The notes: generated by a model not told the origin, from the letters alone. Counted from the stretch's first letter, positions 24,740 to 37,108 are shown. The stretch is 64,000 bases of DNA from Octopus sinensis (GCF_006345805.1 NC_043001.1:22568001-22632000), one strand, 5' to 3'. Translations and numbers: made by a program.

Positions 24740-25780
24740 AAACATGTGTTAATTTCTTCATTGCCATCAAGCAATTGTACACTTCTTTCCAGGAGCAGTA
24801 AATAGGTAAGCATTAACCCAACCAACACCAGATACTTCTTTTCATATCAGGTGGACAAAATTCTCAGGGCTGCAATTGTAAACTGTAGTGAAATAATAGA
24901 ACTCACTAGGGTGGGGGCAAGTAGATGTGTGTTGCATGCAAGAAATGAGATGGAGGAGAGCTGTAGCCAGACTCTTCACATGTACAAATTCTTCAAAAAT
25001 AGGACTTGCTACCATCAAGGAACTAGCCATGCTTGATGTGCAGAAAGGAGTGGGTAGGAACACCATATGGTGTACTTGGTCTAAATTATGGACACAGGCA
25101 AATACAGATAGAAGACTTCGTATATGGCAGGTATATGGAGATGATATATGCAATAAGAGTTCATGGAATATAGTTTCTGTCAAATGCCTGGAAGGTACCT
25201 TAGATGTAACTGATGGCTTTTGATACCAAGGTAATCTAATTAACAGTGGGAGGAGGTGTTCTGAAAGCATAGAATCAGAGTAAGAATGGATTGGAGCAAT
25301 TATAAAATGTTCAGGGAGCTATTACATCTGCTGGCAACAAAGAGCTTTTTCTTCAAAGTGAAGGGTAGATTGATATGATGCATGTGTATAAAGAGCGATG
25401 ATGTATGGTATTATGACATAGGTTTTGAATGCAGATGATTTGTAAAGACCAGAAGGAAATGAAGTAAGCAGGCTTCACTGAGTGAGTTGAGAGAAAAATT
25501 GGATATAAAAGGAATCAGATATAATATGCAAGAGAGAAGACTATACTGACATAAGTCTGTGATACATATGGAGGAGCCAGTTATATAAAGAAGTGACATA
25601 TGTTCATAGTGAATGAGATTTGTGGAAGAGTGAACACAATAAAGACTTGGAACAAAGTGGTGAAGAACAGATCTAAAGATGTTGCATCTCATTAGAGTCG
25701 ATTGGTGATATGCAGTGTTGGAGAAAACTCAGCTACCTGTGCAAATATGGTGAATTGAATTGGAACATTATAAATGAAGG
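24740..25780 (+). mobile_element. Degenerate RTE LINE ORF fragment
   Basis: KGVGRNTIWCTWSKLWT Cys-rich RTE segment followed by relic YxGxxIxxGxxC and LMYG motifs; many stops. Confidence 0.7.
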
Positions 25781-25824
25781 CTGAGAACATATATATGTGT
25801 GTGCGTGTATACATATATATATAT

Positions 25825-27290
25825 ATCATCATTTAATGTCTGGTATGGGTTGGATGGTTTAATCAAGTTGGGGAGCTGCACCAGACACCAGTCTGATTTG
25901 GTATAGTTTCTATGGCTGGATGCCCTAACACTAACCACTTTACAGTGTGCTGGGTGGTTTTATGTGGCACAGCAAGGGTGACATCACATGGGTGCTTTTA
26001 TGTGGCACTTCCATGAGTGCTTTTTATGTGGTACCAGCACAGGAGTCTTGCAGATCAATCCTCACCACTAGGGGACCCAGCCTTAACACTTCTGTTGCAG
26101 AGTAAGGGTCTTCTTGAGTATAGCAAGGCACCAGGTCCTTTGTCATCTTGGTCCTTTGCCATCTGGTCTGAAAGGTTCAGTGTCCTGAGGTCATTCTTCA
26201 GTACTTCATCCCATATCTTCCTGGGTTTCCCACTTCCACTTGTTCCATCTACTTTGAGATATGGCACTTCTTTATGGAGCTGTCAGCACACACACTGTAA
26301 AGTTAACATCTGCAGCCTCCTTGCCTCCTCTGTATATTTTACATCCTCTTGTAACCCTATTGCACATCTTATCACTTCTTGTAACGCATCTCTTTGTTAT
26401 TCGTGCCATTCATATAACAATGGATGGTATGAAAGCAGTGAGCCGACAGAAGCGTTAGCATACCGGGTGAAATACTTAGCGGTATTTAGTCTGTCTTTAC
26501 GTTTTGAGTTCAAATTCCGCCGAGGTCGACTTTGCCTTTCATCCTTTTGGGGTTGATAAATTAAGTACCAGTTATGCACTGGGGTCGATGTAATCGACTT
26601 AATCCGTTTGTCTGTCCTTGTTTGTCCCCTCTGTGTGTAGCCCCTTGTGGGTAGTAAAGAAATAGGTATGAAAGCTACCCATGCCCATCAATACTCCTGT
26701 CTCACCACTCTACATATTTCACCCCTCACATGGCCTACACATAAGAGACTGGATCAGACTTTTATACCCATACACTTGACTTTCACCCTCCCTGTACTGC
26801 AGGTCATCACTCACTCTCCCTTGAGCCACTTTTTATTGTCATCCATTATTTATTCTTGACACTGTCCATCTCTAATAGAACTCATCTCTCTACACACCAT
26901 TTCCCTCCAATCACTGTTTCAACCTTCAGCCACCAATTCTGGTTTTTGTATCATTGCTTTCTCTCCCCTAATCACTTCCTAAGTTGCTTTGCCTTGAGTG
27001 AACATACATGTCTCAGAGAACTAAGCACTCTTTACTCCTACAGTTAACAAAACGACCCCTCTCACATAGTTATCAGGATAACATGTATCTAGTGCACACT
27101 ATAAGATTGTTGATGAATGAGCAGAGAAAGTGCAGGGTCAACAGGTCCCTTTAAAATAGTCTCATTGGGAACATGATGACCTCTATGTTGTTGGTGTCAA
27201 GATAAAATGCAAGATGATTGGTAAACGTCAATAAAGAGTGACCATGGAAAGAGAGAAAGGGTGTGACGGTAAGTAGTAAAAAGGAACATC
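25825..27290 (-). mobile_element. Degenerate RTE LINE (RT to 3' tail) with a SINE insertion at 26437-26667
   Basis: KVDGTSGSGKPRKIWDEVLKNDLRTLNL, upstream RT relics (FINNL) and the RTE tail. Confidence 0.65.
26437..26667 (+). mobile_element. tRNA-derived SINE family 2 (monomer)
   Basis: B-box GAGTTCAAATTCC; body gtcgactttgcctttcatcc...ccccttgtggg...aagaaatagg. Other copies: 46190-46432 +, 55070-55240 -, 55780-55960 -, 23350-23480 -. Confidence 0.9.
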
Positions 27291-27323
27291 GAATACAGAC
27301 AGACCTAATACCATCCCTCTACA

Positions 27324-27860
27324 TCTCTCTATATATATAAATGGCAAAATGTCTGTCTGTGTGTGTGTCCTTTATACAAATCCACAATTTTTCAGTTAGA
27401 GGACTCGCACTTTTTATGGTCATTCAAAACCGTCCAAGGGTGGTTGTGCACATCTTTACATTTCCCCAGTCACTCTGCAAAGCCATTAAAAAATCAATAG
27501 AAGTGACTTTTTTGTGAATTTTCTATCCAAAACCCAATCAAAATGCCCGAAACTTGATACGCCAATTGAATGCCAGCTAGCTGTATGTGAAGGTCGGAGA
27601 TTTGGACAGTACTCATGTGTATGTGCACACGCACGCAGCTGTATATGCATGCACTAGCACTATGATGACAAGAGGTACAATGAAAGAGAGATTGATAGTG
27701 GGGATTGAATATAGACAGAGTCAGTAACATCTCATTACAAAGGCAGCAGGGTACAATGAACAGAGGGTGAGTGATAGAGAAAGTGATGAATGAAAAAGTA
27801 GTAGATGGAAACTTATCAAGAATATAATGCACAAGAGACTTAAATGTAGATACATTTTAC
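27324..27860 (+). mobile_element. Helitron-like non-autonomous element 5' end
   Basis: Inserted at A|T; begins TCTCTCTATATATATAAATGGCAAAATGTCTGTCTGTGTG, a typical Helitron 5' pattern. No CTAG 3' end or hairpin found. Confidence 0.45.
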
Positions 27861-28149
27861 ATTATAGCCTCCATAATTACTGTAAAATTCTATTAATTTT
27901 TTTGTACCAAACTCAAGATTAAGTTAGAAGTGTATGTAAAAAATAGTATTGTACTGCAAAAATAGTATTCTCCATTCTTTTTTATTAAAAAAAAAAGCAC
28001 AATAATATAATAAAGCTTTAATATTTAGTAACAATATTATATTGGTACAGAAAGATATCTATATGTATCATAAAATATACAATCTATTGTATTCTTGTAA
28101 ATATTACGTGCTATAAATACAGTTATAAATACAATTTAAAATCCTTTGG

Positions 28150-30300
28150 CATGGAATTGGGTGTTGTTAGAGGGGGGAAACAAAAATGAAACTCCAGGAC
28201 ATACTACAGTATAGGTCAGAAGCTCAATCAGTACACACAGTAATAGCGCATTGGGAGATTCAAAGGTCAGATACAATTGAATGCTTTGCTGATGTCATGT
28301 GTGATGATGCTGTCACTAAATTTCTTGTGAGTAGTGGCCCACAGATGAGTGATAAAGCGGAGTAGATTTCCAATAGAGCTGACTTTATGAAAGCTGTACT
28401 GGTGGTCAATAAGGAGGGGAAAGGATTCAAAATGTTGGGAGAAGGCTTTTGTTAATAACTATCTCCATCAAAATTGTAATCGATCAACATCAATGGAATT
28501 TGTAGCTGTGATACCAGTGCCAGTGGCACGTAAGAGAACCATCCGAATGTGGCAGTAGCCAGCGCTGCCCTGACTGGCCTCCATGCCGGTGGCACGTAAA
28601 AAGCACCAACCGATCGTGGCCGTTGCTAGCCTCGTCTGGTCTCCGTGCTGGTAGCACGTAAAAAGCACCATCCGATCATGGGTGTTTGCCAGCCTCGTCT
28701 GGCACGTAAAAAGCATCCTCTATACTCATGGAGTGGTTGGCGTTAGAAAGGGCATCCAGCTGTACAAACACTGCCAGATCAGACTGGGCCTGGTGCAGCC
28801 TTCTGGCTTCCCAGACCCCAGCTGAACCGTCCAACCCATGCTAGGCATGGAAAGCGGACGTTAAACAATGATCATCATCATCATCATCATTTTCATGTTA
28901 GAAATGATTGCAATAGGATAATGGTTGGCAGAGTGAAAAAGGTTTCCCTTCTTGGGAATGAAACATTTAGGGAGAGGGAGAGAGAAGGACTGAAGAGTTT
29001 AGTGAGTATGGAAGTGCATTTGGTGAGGATATGACATATTGTTTAAGGGTAATGGAAAGGACATTGTCAGGATTGGTGACCTTGTTGATTTGGAGCAAAT
29101 GAAGGTACTTCTAAATTTGGTATAAATGTGTACATAATGGTGATCCTGATAGAGTGGAAAGGGATAATTTTGGAGGGAATTCTTCTAGTGTGCAGTGCAT
29201 GCAGTGTGCTGTTGGACACAAAGCTGGTAGAAAACGTGGAGCGTTTTACTGCAAGAGACTTGCTTAGAGAATCATCATTATTGAAAAGTGGAGAGAAGGA
29301 TGATTCTGCAAAGTTGACAGCAAGATACCAATGGATTTGATTGTAGTTTGAGAGATGGAAGAGCTTGTAGGCTGTGTGAAGCTGAGAAGCACCCTTTGAA
29401 TTTTGGATGATGTTGCAATGCTGAGTAAGTCATCTAATTTGTAAGAGTGAATGAGTTTCTCTAGGTGTTGTAGGGTGTCCGTTAACTAAACTGAATGAAC
29501 CATTTGGTGAATTTAAGGGTTATGAATTTTGGTTTTGAGTGAAATGTGGAGGAACCATAAAGGTTAGTTTCAGACACCCATCTAGCCATCCCTGATGGAT
29601 AAGGGGTGAAGAATATCTGCTGCCAGATATAGCTATCAGAAAACTGATGGAGCTCCAACTACCTGCATAAAGTGGCATAGGATCTTGGAAGTGTGTGTAG
29701 GGGGGATGGAATTCTATAGTAAGTGGATGTGATGAGTAGTCACAATATGGTAGAGGTCTGATGGCAGGGGAATGAGGATTTAGTAGAGGCTGATTTTGGA
29801 GGTCAGAAAATGACAAAGGGTGTTTAGAGTGTTGGTATGTTGATCAGAGATGCATGAAAGGGATGAAACTAATTGATGTAGTATTGAATTTTGATATATC
29901 GGTATGAGTGTGACAGCCAAGAAGAGTTGCTAGCACTGAAATCATCAAAGACAATGACTTCAGATGGGAGTAATGTGAGGCAGGTGTTCTTGAGAAATGC
30001 TGAGAGGAGTTTGGTGAGCTGTTAAGAAAGCAGATATATTTAGAAGAGAGCGGGGAGGGAGACTCTGAGCCAGAGTAAGTGGAGACCATATATTTGTTAA
30101 CACTGCTTTTCAGAGCAAAGTTTGAGTTAAGAGTGTAGCATGGACAAGAGAGATGGACTACAGATTATGAGTGAATGGTTTATGTATCAGAGAGTAATAG
30201 TAAGTGTAGTTTATGTGTTTGTATGAGTGAGGTCTAGTTTGGACTGGAGTGCACAAATATTGGAGAAGGAAGAGTTGTCCAGTGGTTTGGGTTTCCCTCC
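28150..30300 (-). mobile_element. Highly degenerate APE-endonuclease/RT LINE (Jockey/CR1/L2 group)
   Basis: Relics SNICALQSK (APE start), LQINKVTNPDNVLSITLK (K-x-x-GPD-like) and HDISKAFN (DISKAFD); interrupted by an RTE tail at 28470-28870. Confidence 0.6.
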
Positions 30301-31399
30301 TTTCTATCAAGCACTGAATATGTAGGGCTATATCATCGAATGTGTTACTCCATTTTCAAGGAGGTAAGGTGTAATTTGAAGGAGAACTGGATGTTACAGT
30401 CAGTTGAGTAACTTCATCAAATCTGAGAATTTGTGCATTTAGTGTTTTCTTTCCATCTAAAGGATGTGCCCCTAACCCTAAATAACCCAAAATAGTAACA
30501 ACTTTGACGAATTTAATATATTAATTATAATGACACTGAACTTCTCACTGGATCAAGATGAAAAAAAAGTGTAAGATTTTTCCTAATTTATTTATGAGCA
30601 TAGGAAAATGTCAAGCAAAAAGGGATCTGGCATGAATTTTTTACATAAGCAGTAGTGTTGCAATTGAATAGAAGTCCCATTTAAGGGAACTAACACTGCG
30701 GTAATTTGACTTAGCAATTCAACTGCAATTCAATACGTGGTGAAAATGTTGAGATCGATGACTATTTACAAATATCCCACTTAACGAGTAGTTATTGAGC
30801 AGTGTTACTTTCGGAATAATAAAAACCTACAACAAAGAGAGACATTTTATGGACCTAGTAACTTGAGCTATTATTATAAGCAAAAGGTGGCAAAAGTCAA
30901 AAATGTTATACTGTGATTAACTGCATTTGAGTTGTCTATGTGAAGAAATCTCACGACAAAAAAATGTTTATATTTTATGCATGTAAATAACGACATTCAT
31001 TCTTTACATTAAATAAAAGAATATAGTTGTAACCATTGATACATATAAGAAGTTTACGAAAGGTGGAGACACTAAAATGTCAGCATAGGTGCTTTATGAG
31101 ATATAACTTCAATTCCTTTAAGTGTGTGCGTTGAACTGTGGCTAACTTTGCCTTTAATTCATTAATACTGGATTAAATAAGTATCAGTAATATACTGAGT
31201 CGAAATTTATTGACTATATACACCTTATAAAATCGGATTTGCGTCTAGTTAAAAGAAGCCAATATATTGAATCGTAATATAGTGAATCGATAAGTTCAAC
31301 AGCATTATTACAGATTAAATAATAATTTCAAACATACAAGAGAAACAAAGAGAAAGATTTTTTTTTATCAAACTACTGTGCAGATCTTTAAAGCATTGT

Positions 31400-31700
31400 T
31401 TATGGATGTACTTCCAAGCGGATGTTGTCGGTTAATGTCCCTTACATACCGAAGGAAGGAGGAAACCTATCCTTATTGAGATTTTCCTAATGATTCATTA
31501 ATTCAAGTTTACAAAAAGAAAAAAAAAATATCAACGTAATAATAATTAAGCTTTTAGATCTATTTTTTTCCTCTTTCAGGTAGATTTCGAAGAAAATTTA
31601 CCGGAAGAGAAATACATTACACAAATGCTGTACATAAACAAGGTACATGAGTTAATTACGAACCGAGGAGGAAACGTCTACACGGTAGCTCAACCAGCAA
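31400..31700. promoter_or_regulatory. Candidate VPS18 promoter / first non-coding exon, possibly bidirectional
   Basis: Unique, relatively CpG-retaining DNA; ETS-like CCGGAAG at about 31601; overlapping minus-strand donors CG|GTATGT and AT|GTAAGG at 31450-31439. Confidence 0.3.
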
Positions 31701-31754
31701 GAAATAACAAAGAAATCTCCCTTAAATTAGAATTTACTGCTTTTGGAATAAATC

Positions 31755-32099
31755 GGATACTGTAGTCTTGGATACACTTAAGTCTGAGTATATAAGACGG
31801 GATGGTCATGACAGGAATACTTTTGATCATCAGTCAACTCAGAGCCGAACAACATGAGTAATGTGCAAAGGAAAATTCAATACTGAATAGAGTATTGTTT
31901 TTGCGTAATTCTAACAACGCGTAAACATGGATACTGTAGTCTTAGATACACTTATGTCTGAGTATAAGACGGGATGGTCATGACAGGAATACTTTTGATC
32001 ATCGGTCAACTCAGAGCCGAACGACGTGAGTAATGTACAAAGGAAAATTCAATACTGAATAGAGTATTGTTTTTGCGTAATTCTAACAACGAGTAAACA
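31755..32099. repeat. Tandem duplication, about 174-bp period
   Basis: Units start ggatactgtagtc at 31755 and 31929. Confidence 0.95.
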
Positions 32100-32444
32100 G
32101 AATATATAAAATAATAAATGAAGGGATTGCGCAAAAAGGACATAAAAGCAAGTGTTACATAGCAGCCAAAACAAAACATGTAAACGCCTACTATTGAGTA
32201 CGCGTATGTTTTCCTATCAAAAATGGTTGTTTAGGGGGAAATGATGTGATAAAGGAGATAAAGAAGAATATTACCTATAAATACGAATTCGATCTGTACA
32301 AAAAAAAAAGATTAATTCAACAGTAGATCAGGTGAAAGAGAAGCACTAACTGTTACATTATTAGTCTGAAAATCACTAAATGCCTGCAACGCCATGATGT
32401 CTACTGAAGACTAAAGGGAAATAATTCTCAGAACTGGTGACATA

Positions 32445-32570
32445 CTCTCTATCTCACTCTTTCACTTTCTCTCTCTCTCTTTCACTTTCTTTCTCCCTTT
32501 CGCTTTCTTTCTCTCTTTCACTTTCTTTCTCCCTTTCGCTTTATTTCTCTCTTTCTCTTTCTCTCTTTGG
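32445..32570. repeat. Polypyrimidine (CT-rich) tract
   Basis: Almost pure C/T with an internal ~34-bp repeat. Confidence 0.85.
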
Positions 32571-32694
32571 CATTTCCCAGAGCAGTTGGGACTGGAGATT
32601 GAAAATAGGGGCAGACAAATTGTAATGTTTAATAAAGACAGGTGGGTATTAAACTTGTCGAGCTTGTCCCAAGACCATGATGAAGTAAAAAAAA

Positions 32695-33290
32695 AATTTT
32701 ATTTCTTTATTGCCCGCAGGGGGCTAAACATAGAGGGGACAAACAAGGACAGACAAAGGGCTTAAGTCGGTTACATCGACTCCAGTGTGTAACTGGTACT
32801 TAATTTATCGACCCCAAAAGGATGAAAGGCAAAGTCGACCTCGGCGGAATTTGAACTTAGAACGTAACGGCAGACGAAATACCTATTTCTTTACTACCCA
32901 CAAGGGGCTAAACATAGAGAGTACAAACAAGGACAGACATGGGTATTAAGTCGATTACATCGACCCCAGTGCGTAACTGGTACTTATTTAATCGACCCCG
33001 AAAGGATTAAAGAAAAAGTCGACCTCGGCGAATTTGAACTCAGAACGTAACGGCAGCCGAAATACCTATTTCTTTATTACCCACAAGGGGCTAAACACAG
33101 AGGGGACAAACAAGGACAGACATAGGTATTAAGCCGATTACATCGACCCCAGTGCGTAACTGGTACTTAATTTATCGACCCCGAAAGGATGAAAGGCAAA
33201 GTCGACCTCGGCGGAATTTGAACTCACAACGTAACGCAGCCGAAATACCGCTAAGCATTTCGCCCGACTTGCTAACGATTCTGCCAGCTC
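32695..33290 (-). mobile_element. SINE family 2 with a triplicated body
   Basis: One head plus three ~181-bp body units. Confidence 0.9.
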
Positions 33291-33765
33291 ATAGGGACGC
33301 AGCCTTTATTCTGTTTTCTGATTAATGAAGAGTGGGTTTAGGGGCCCAGAAAATTTTTGTGGAAGCTTTTTGGAGGGCCTGGTATTAGTTGGAGAACTAC
33401 TCTCATGTATTGTTTTTTTTTTTTAAACAACACTTCAGATCTATGGTAGAGGAGAAATGAAAACCTGTAACTTCCATAATTGAAATAAAGTGACTACTAC
33501 CAGAAATCGGAACCGATTCACCATCTTTGTGGTTGGTTTGTAAACAGAAAATCAAGTGGGTTACCTATTTCACTCCCTATATTGGAAATATGGGCAATCT
33601 TTCGTTTGTAGTAGCACGTTTCCGTCGATTTCCGTAAAAAACTTTTATTTTTTTACATATGGCCTTGCAGGAACATTTGAAGTAATGAGAGCGAAAGAGA
33701 CTAAGAGGAAGCGATTTTATGACGAGGGAATTTCTTTTGAAGTTATCAAAGCATTGATGTACATC

Positions 33766-33796
<31 letters not shown>

Positions 33797-33903
33797 GCGC
33801 GTGTGTGTGTGTGTGTTTGATGGGGTGTGGGAGACAAACAGTATGTTGTGTAAGTGAAGTGCTTCTGTTAGTGTGTGTGAAGAGACAGAGAGAGTAATGT
33901 GTG

Positions 33904-34384
33904 AAAGAGAGAGATAACTGAAATTTTTTACTCGGTGTATGTGTAGATACATACATAGATACATACACACACACACATACATGCAGCCATACATATACAA
34001 ATACACTGAGTAAAAAATTACACTGAATCGGCCATACATACATACATACACACATACACACACGCATACTTACACACACACACACATACATTCAGACATA
34101 CACATACACATACACTGAGTAAAAAATTACACTGAATCGGCCATACATACATACATACACACATACACACACGCATACTTACACACACACACACATACAT
34201 TCAGACATACACATACACTGAGTAAAAAATTACACTGAATCGGCCATACATACATACATACATACACACACACATACATAGATACATACACACACACATA
34301 CATAGATACATACACACACACACATACATGCATACATACATATACACATACACCGAGTAAAAAATTTCAGTTATCTCTCTCTTT
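33904..34384. repeat. Perfect 42-bp inverted repeat enclosing a compound (CA/TACA) minisatellite with three ~105-bp units
   Basis: Arms 33904-33945 and 34343-34384; internal units start at 34004, 34113 and 34216. Confidence 0.92.
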
Positions 34385-34436
34385 GATATAAACTGTCCAA
34401 TAAAGCAATAAAGCTAGAAACATATGTACCGCTATA

Positions 34437-34479
<43 letters not shown>

Positions 34480-34483
<4 letters not shown>

Positions 34484-35600
34484 CATCATCATCATCATCA
34501 TCATCGTTTAGCGTCCGCTTTCCATGCTAGCATGGGTTGGACGGGTCAACTGGGGTCTGTGAAGCTGGAAGGCTTCGTCAGGCCCAGTCAGATCTGGCAG
34601 TGTTTCTACGGCTGGATGCCCTTCCTAACGCCAACCACTCCGCGAGTGTAGTGGGTGTTTTTTACGTGCCACCTGCACAGGTGCCAGACAGAGCTGGCAA
34701 ACGGCCATGAACGGATGGTGCTTTTACGTGTCACTGGCATGGGGCCAGGCGATGCTGGCAACGGACACGAACGGATGGTGCTTTTACGTGCCACCGACAC
34801 GGGGCCAGACAGAGCTGGCAACCGGCCACAAACGGACGGTGCTTTTACGTGTCACCGGCACGGGGGCCAGCCGAAGCTGGCAACGGACGTGAACGGATGG
34901 TGCTTTTACGTGCCACTGACACGGTTGCCAGACAGAGCTGGCAAACGGCCACGAGCGGACGGTGCTTTTACGTGTCACCGGCACGGGGGCCAGCCAAGGC
35001 TGGCAACAGACACGGACGGATGGTGCTTTTACGTGCCACCGACACGGGGCCAGACAGAGCTGGCAACGGCCACGAACGGATGGTGCTTTTACGTGCCACC
35101 GACACGGGGCCAGACAGAGCTGGCAAACGGCCACAAACGGACGGTGCTTTTACGTGTCACCGGCACGGGGCCAGGCGAGGCTGGCAACGAACACGAACGG
35201 ATGGTGCTTTTAGGTGCCACCGACACGGGGCCAGGCAGAGCTGGCAAACGGCCATGAGCGAATGGTGCTTTTACGTATCACCGGCACGGCTGCCAGACGA
35301 GGCTGACAGCGGACACGAACGGATGGGTCACTTAACCCCTGCTTTCTGATATATGATTTGATTTTGATTGTTCTCACTGGTCTTGCCGGGTCTTCTCACG
35401 CACAGCATACTTCCATAGGTCTCGGTCTCTGGTCATTTCCTTGGTGAGACCTAGAGTTCGAAGGTCGTGCTTCACCACCTCGACCCAGGTTTTCCTGGGT
35501 CTACCTCTTCCACAGGTCCCCTTAACTGCCAGGGTGTGGCACTTTTTCACACACCTATCTTCATCCATTCTCACCACATGACCATACCAGCGCAATCATC
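34480..35600 (-). mobile_element. Young RTE LINE 3' end with an expanded 11-unit tandem array
   Basis: RWYGHVVRMDEDRCVKKC...GRGRPRKTW ORF end (35374-35595), array 34655-35326, CpG-rich tail, (GAT)n. Confidence 0.92.
34655..35326 (-). repeat. About 61-bp minisatellite x11 with A/B higher-order pattern
   Basis: Units anchored on ggatggtgcttttacgtg(c/t)cacc; order ABABABAABAB. Confidence 0.95.
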
Positions 35601-35815
35601 ATCATCATCGTTTAACGTCCGTTTTCCGCGCTAGCACGGGTTGGACGGTTTGACCGGGGTCTGGGAAGCCAGGGGCCGCTCCAGGCTCCAGTCTGATCTG
35701 GCAGAGTTTCTACGGCTGGATGCCCTTCCTAACGCCAACCACTCTGCGAGTGGAGTGGGTGCTTTTTACGTGCCACCTGCACAGGGGCCGGGGGTCCGGC
35801 ATCGGTCACGATCTG

Positions 35816-36735
35816 TTCGAGCTTTTCTAGAGTTGAGTTGGGGGGGGGACCAGCTGAGAAAGGTTCCACCAGTGAAAAGAGAGGGAGAGATAGTGGGGGG
35901 GGGGTGCAGGTAATATAGGGAAGCACCAGTTGGGGAAGGTTGGGGTAAGGAGGAACGATGACAGGGAAGGGTTAGTGCAGGTTCGTAAGAAATAAAAACG
36001 TAGGATATCACGAGGCGGGGAGGGGACTGGAAGGAGATAGTCGGATTGAGGCAGTGACAAATTCAAAACAGGAGGTAACGTAAGATCAGTGGGGCGGTTG
36101 ATGAGCTGCGGCGCTAGCAGCTTGTCTTGGTGGGGGGAAGGGGTAGTACACAGTGAAAGCATGTGAGGAGGAGGGGTAGGAGGGAGAGACACACGTAATG
36201 GTGGTGGGGGTGGAGGAGGGAGGAGGGCATATCCGGTGTAAATGGTGAGAACAGTGTTCACCGGTATTGGTGTTGGTGTTGGTATTGGTGTTGGTGTTGG
36301 TATTGGTGTTGGTGTTGGTGGTGGGGGTGGGAGGGCGGGGGCATCGCCAAATGGCGGGAAGATGGAATTAAGGATTGAAGTTAACTTTAAACGGTTAAAT
36401 TTCGTAGAGTAAGATAGGAAAAAAACAAAGCAAGTTAAGACATTTAACGAATGAGCAACGAATGAGAGGTACGGAAGATAAATGAGATAAAAATCTTTTA
36501 ACTTGCTGTGGACATCAAGCTGGAAGTTGATTTGGAGAAAAAGGAAGTTTGAATTGGGGATTGTAATGGCCAAATGGTGGGAAGATGGAATTAAGGATTG
36601 AAGGTAATCTTAAATGGTTAAATTTCGTAGAGTAAGACAGGAAAAAAACAAAGCAAGTTAAGACATTTAACGAATGAGAGGTACGGAAGATAAATGAGAT
36701 AAAAATCTTTTAATTTGCTGTGGACATCTCATGAA
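35816..36735 (-). mobile_element. Probable LINE 5' region with a Pro-rich ORF leading into an APE-like start; 5' end tandemly duplicated
   Basis: 248-codon Pro-rich ORF 35827-36573; about 225-bp-period duplication (36345-36520 and 36570-36730); truncated by an RTE tail at 35815. Confidence 0.45.
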
Positions 36736-37051
36736 TATAATGGCGGTGCATCAGCATGGCAACAGCTATGAGCTGAAACTACAGTATTAAAAAAAATGCC
36801 ACCTAAATGTGGCGGTCTCATAGTGCACGATGCTACTGTTGTTTATAGCCCCAGGAAGAAATCTCTTCCAGCTGGCTAACGACACACTGTCTGTGTCCGA
36901 TTAGTATTTGCGAAGGGAAATCATCGTTCCCATCTCTAGCCTTACGTAATACACACTGACCCAGAGCTCAGTGTAGTAACCCGTCATCGGTGTGTGGCAA
37001 TCACCAGCCAGAGTTTTATTATTGCTCTCCCTCCCTCTCTCTCTCTCTATA

Positions 37052-37108
<57 letters not shown>

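Noticed and set aside
33577-34651. Cys/Val/His/Thr/Tyr-rich ORFs in the ORF track (also 42880-43217, 47734-49561, 59007-59450)
   Set aside because: These are translations of (CA)n, (TA)n and (CATA)n microsatellites.
34655-35326. CRISPR-like repeat/spacer appearance and the 116-200 aa ORFs over the array
   Set aside because: The 'spacers' are homologous to each other, the array is inside a eukaryotic LINE 3' UTR, and there are no cas genes. The ORFs are by-products of a stop-poor ~60-bp repeat.
36780-37015. Hairpin-rich segment with GGCTAA, considered as an HDV-like ribozyme
   Set aside because: I could not build the nested P1/P1.1/P2/P3 double pseudoknot on either strand; only simple hairpins.
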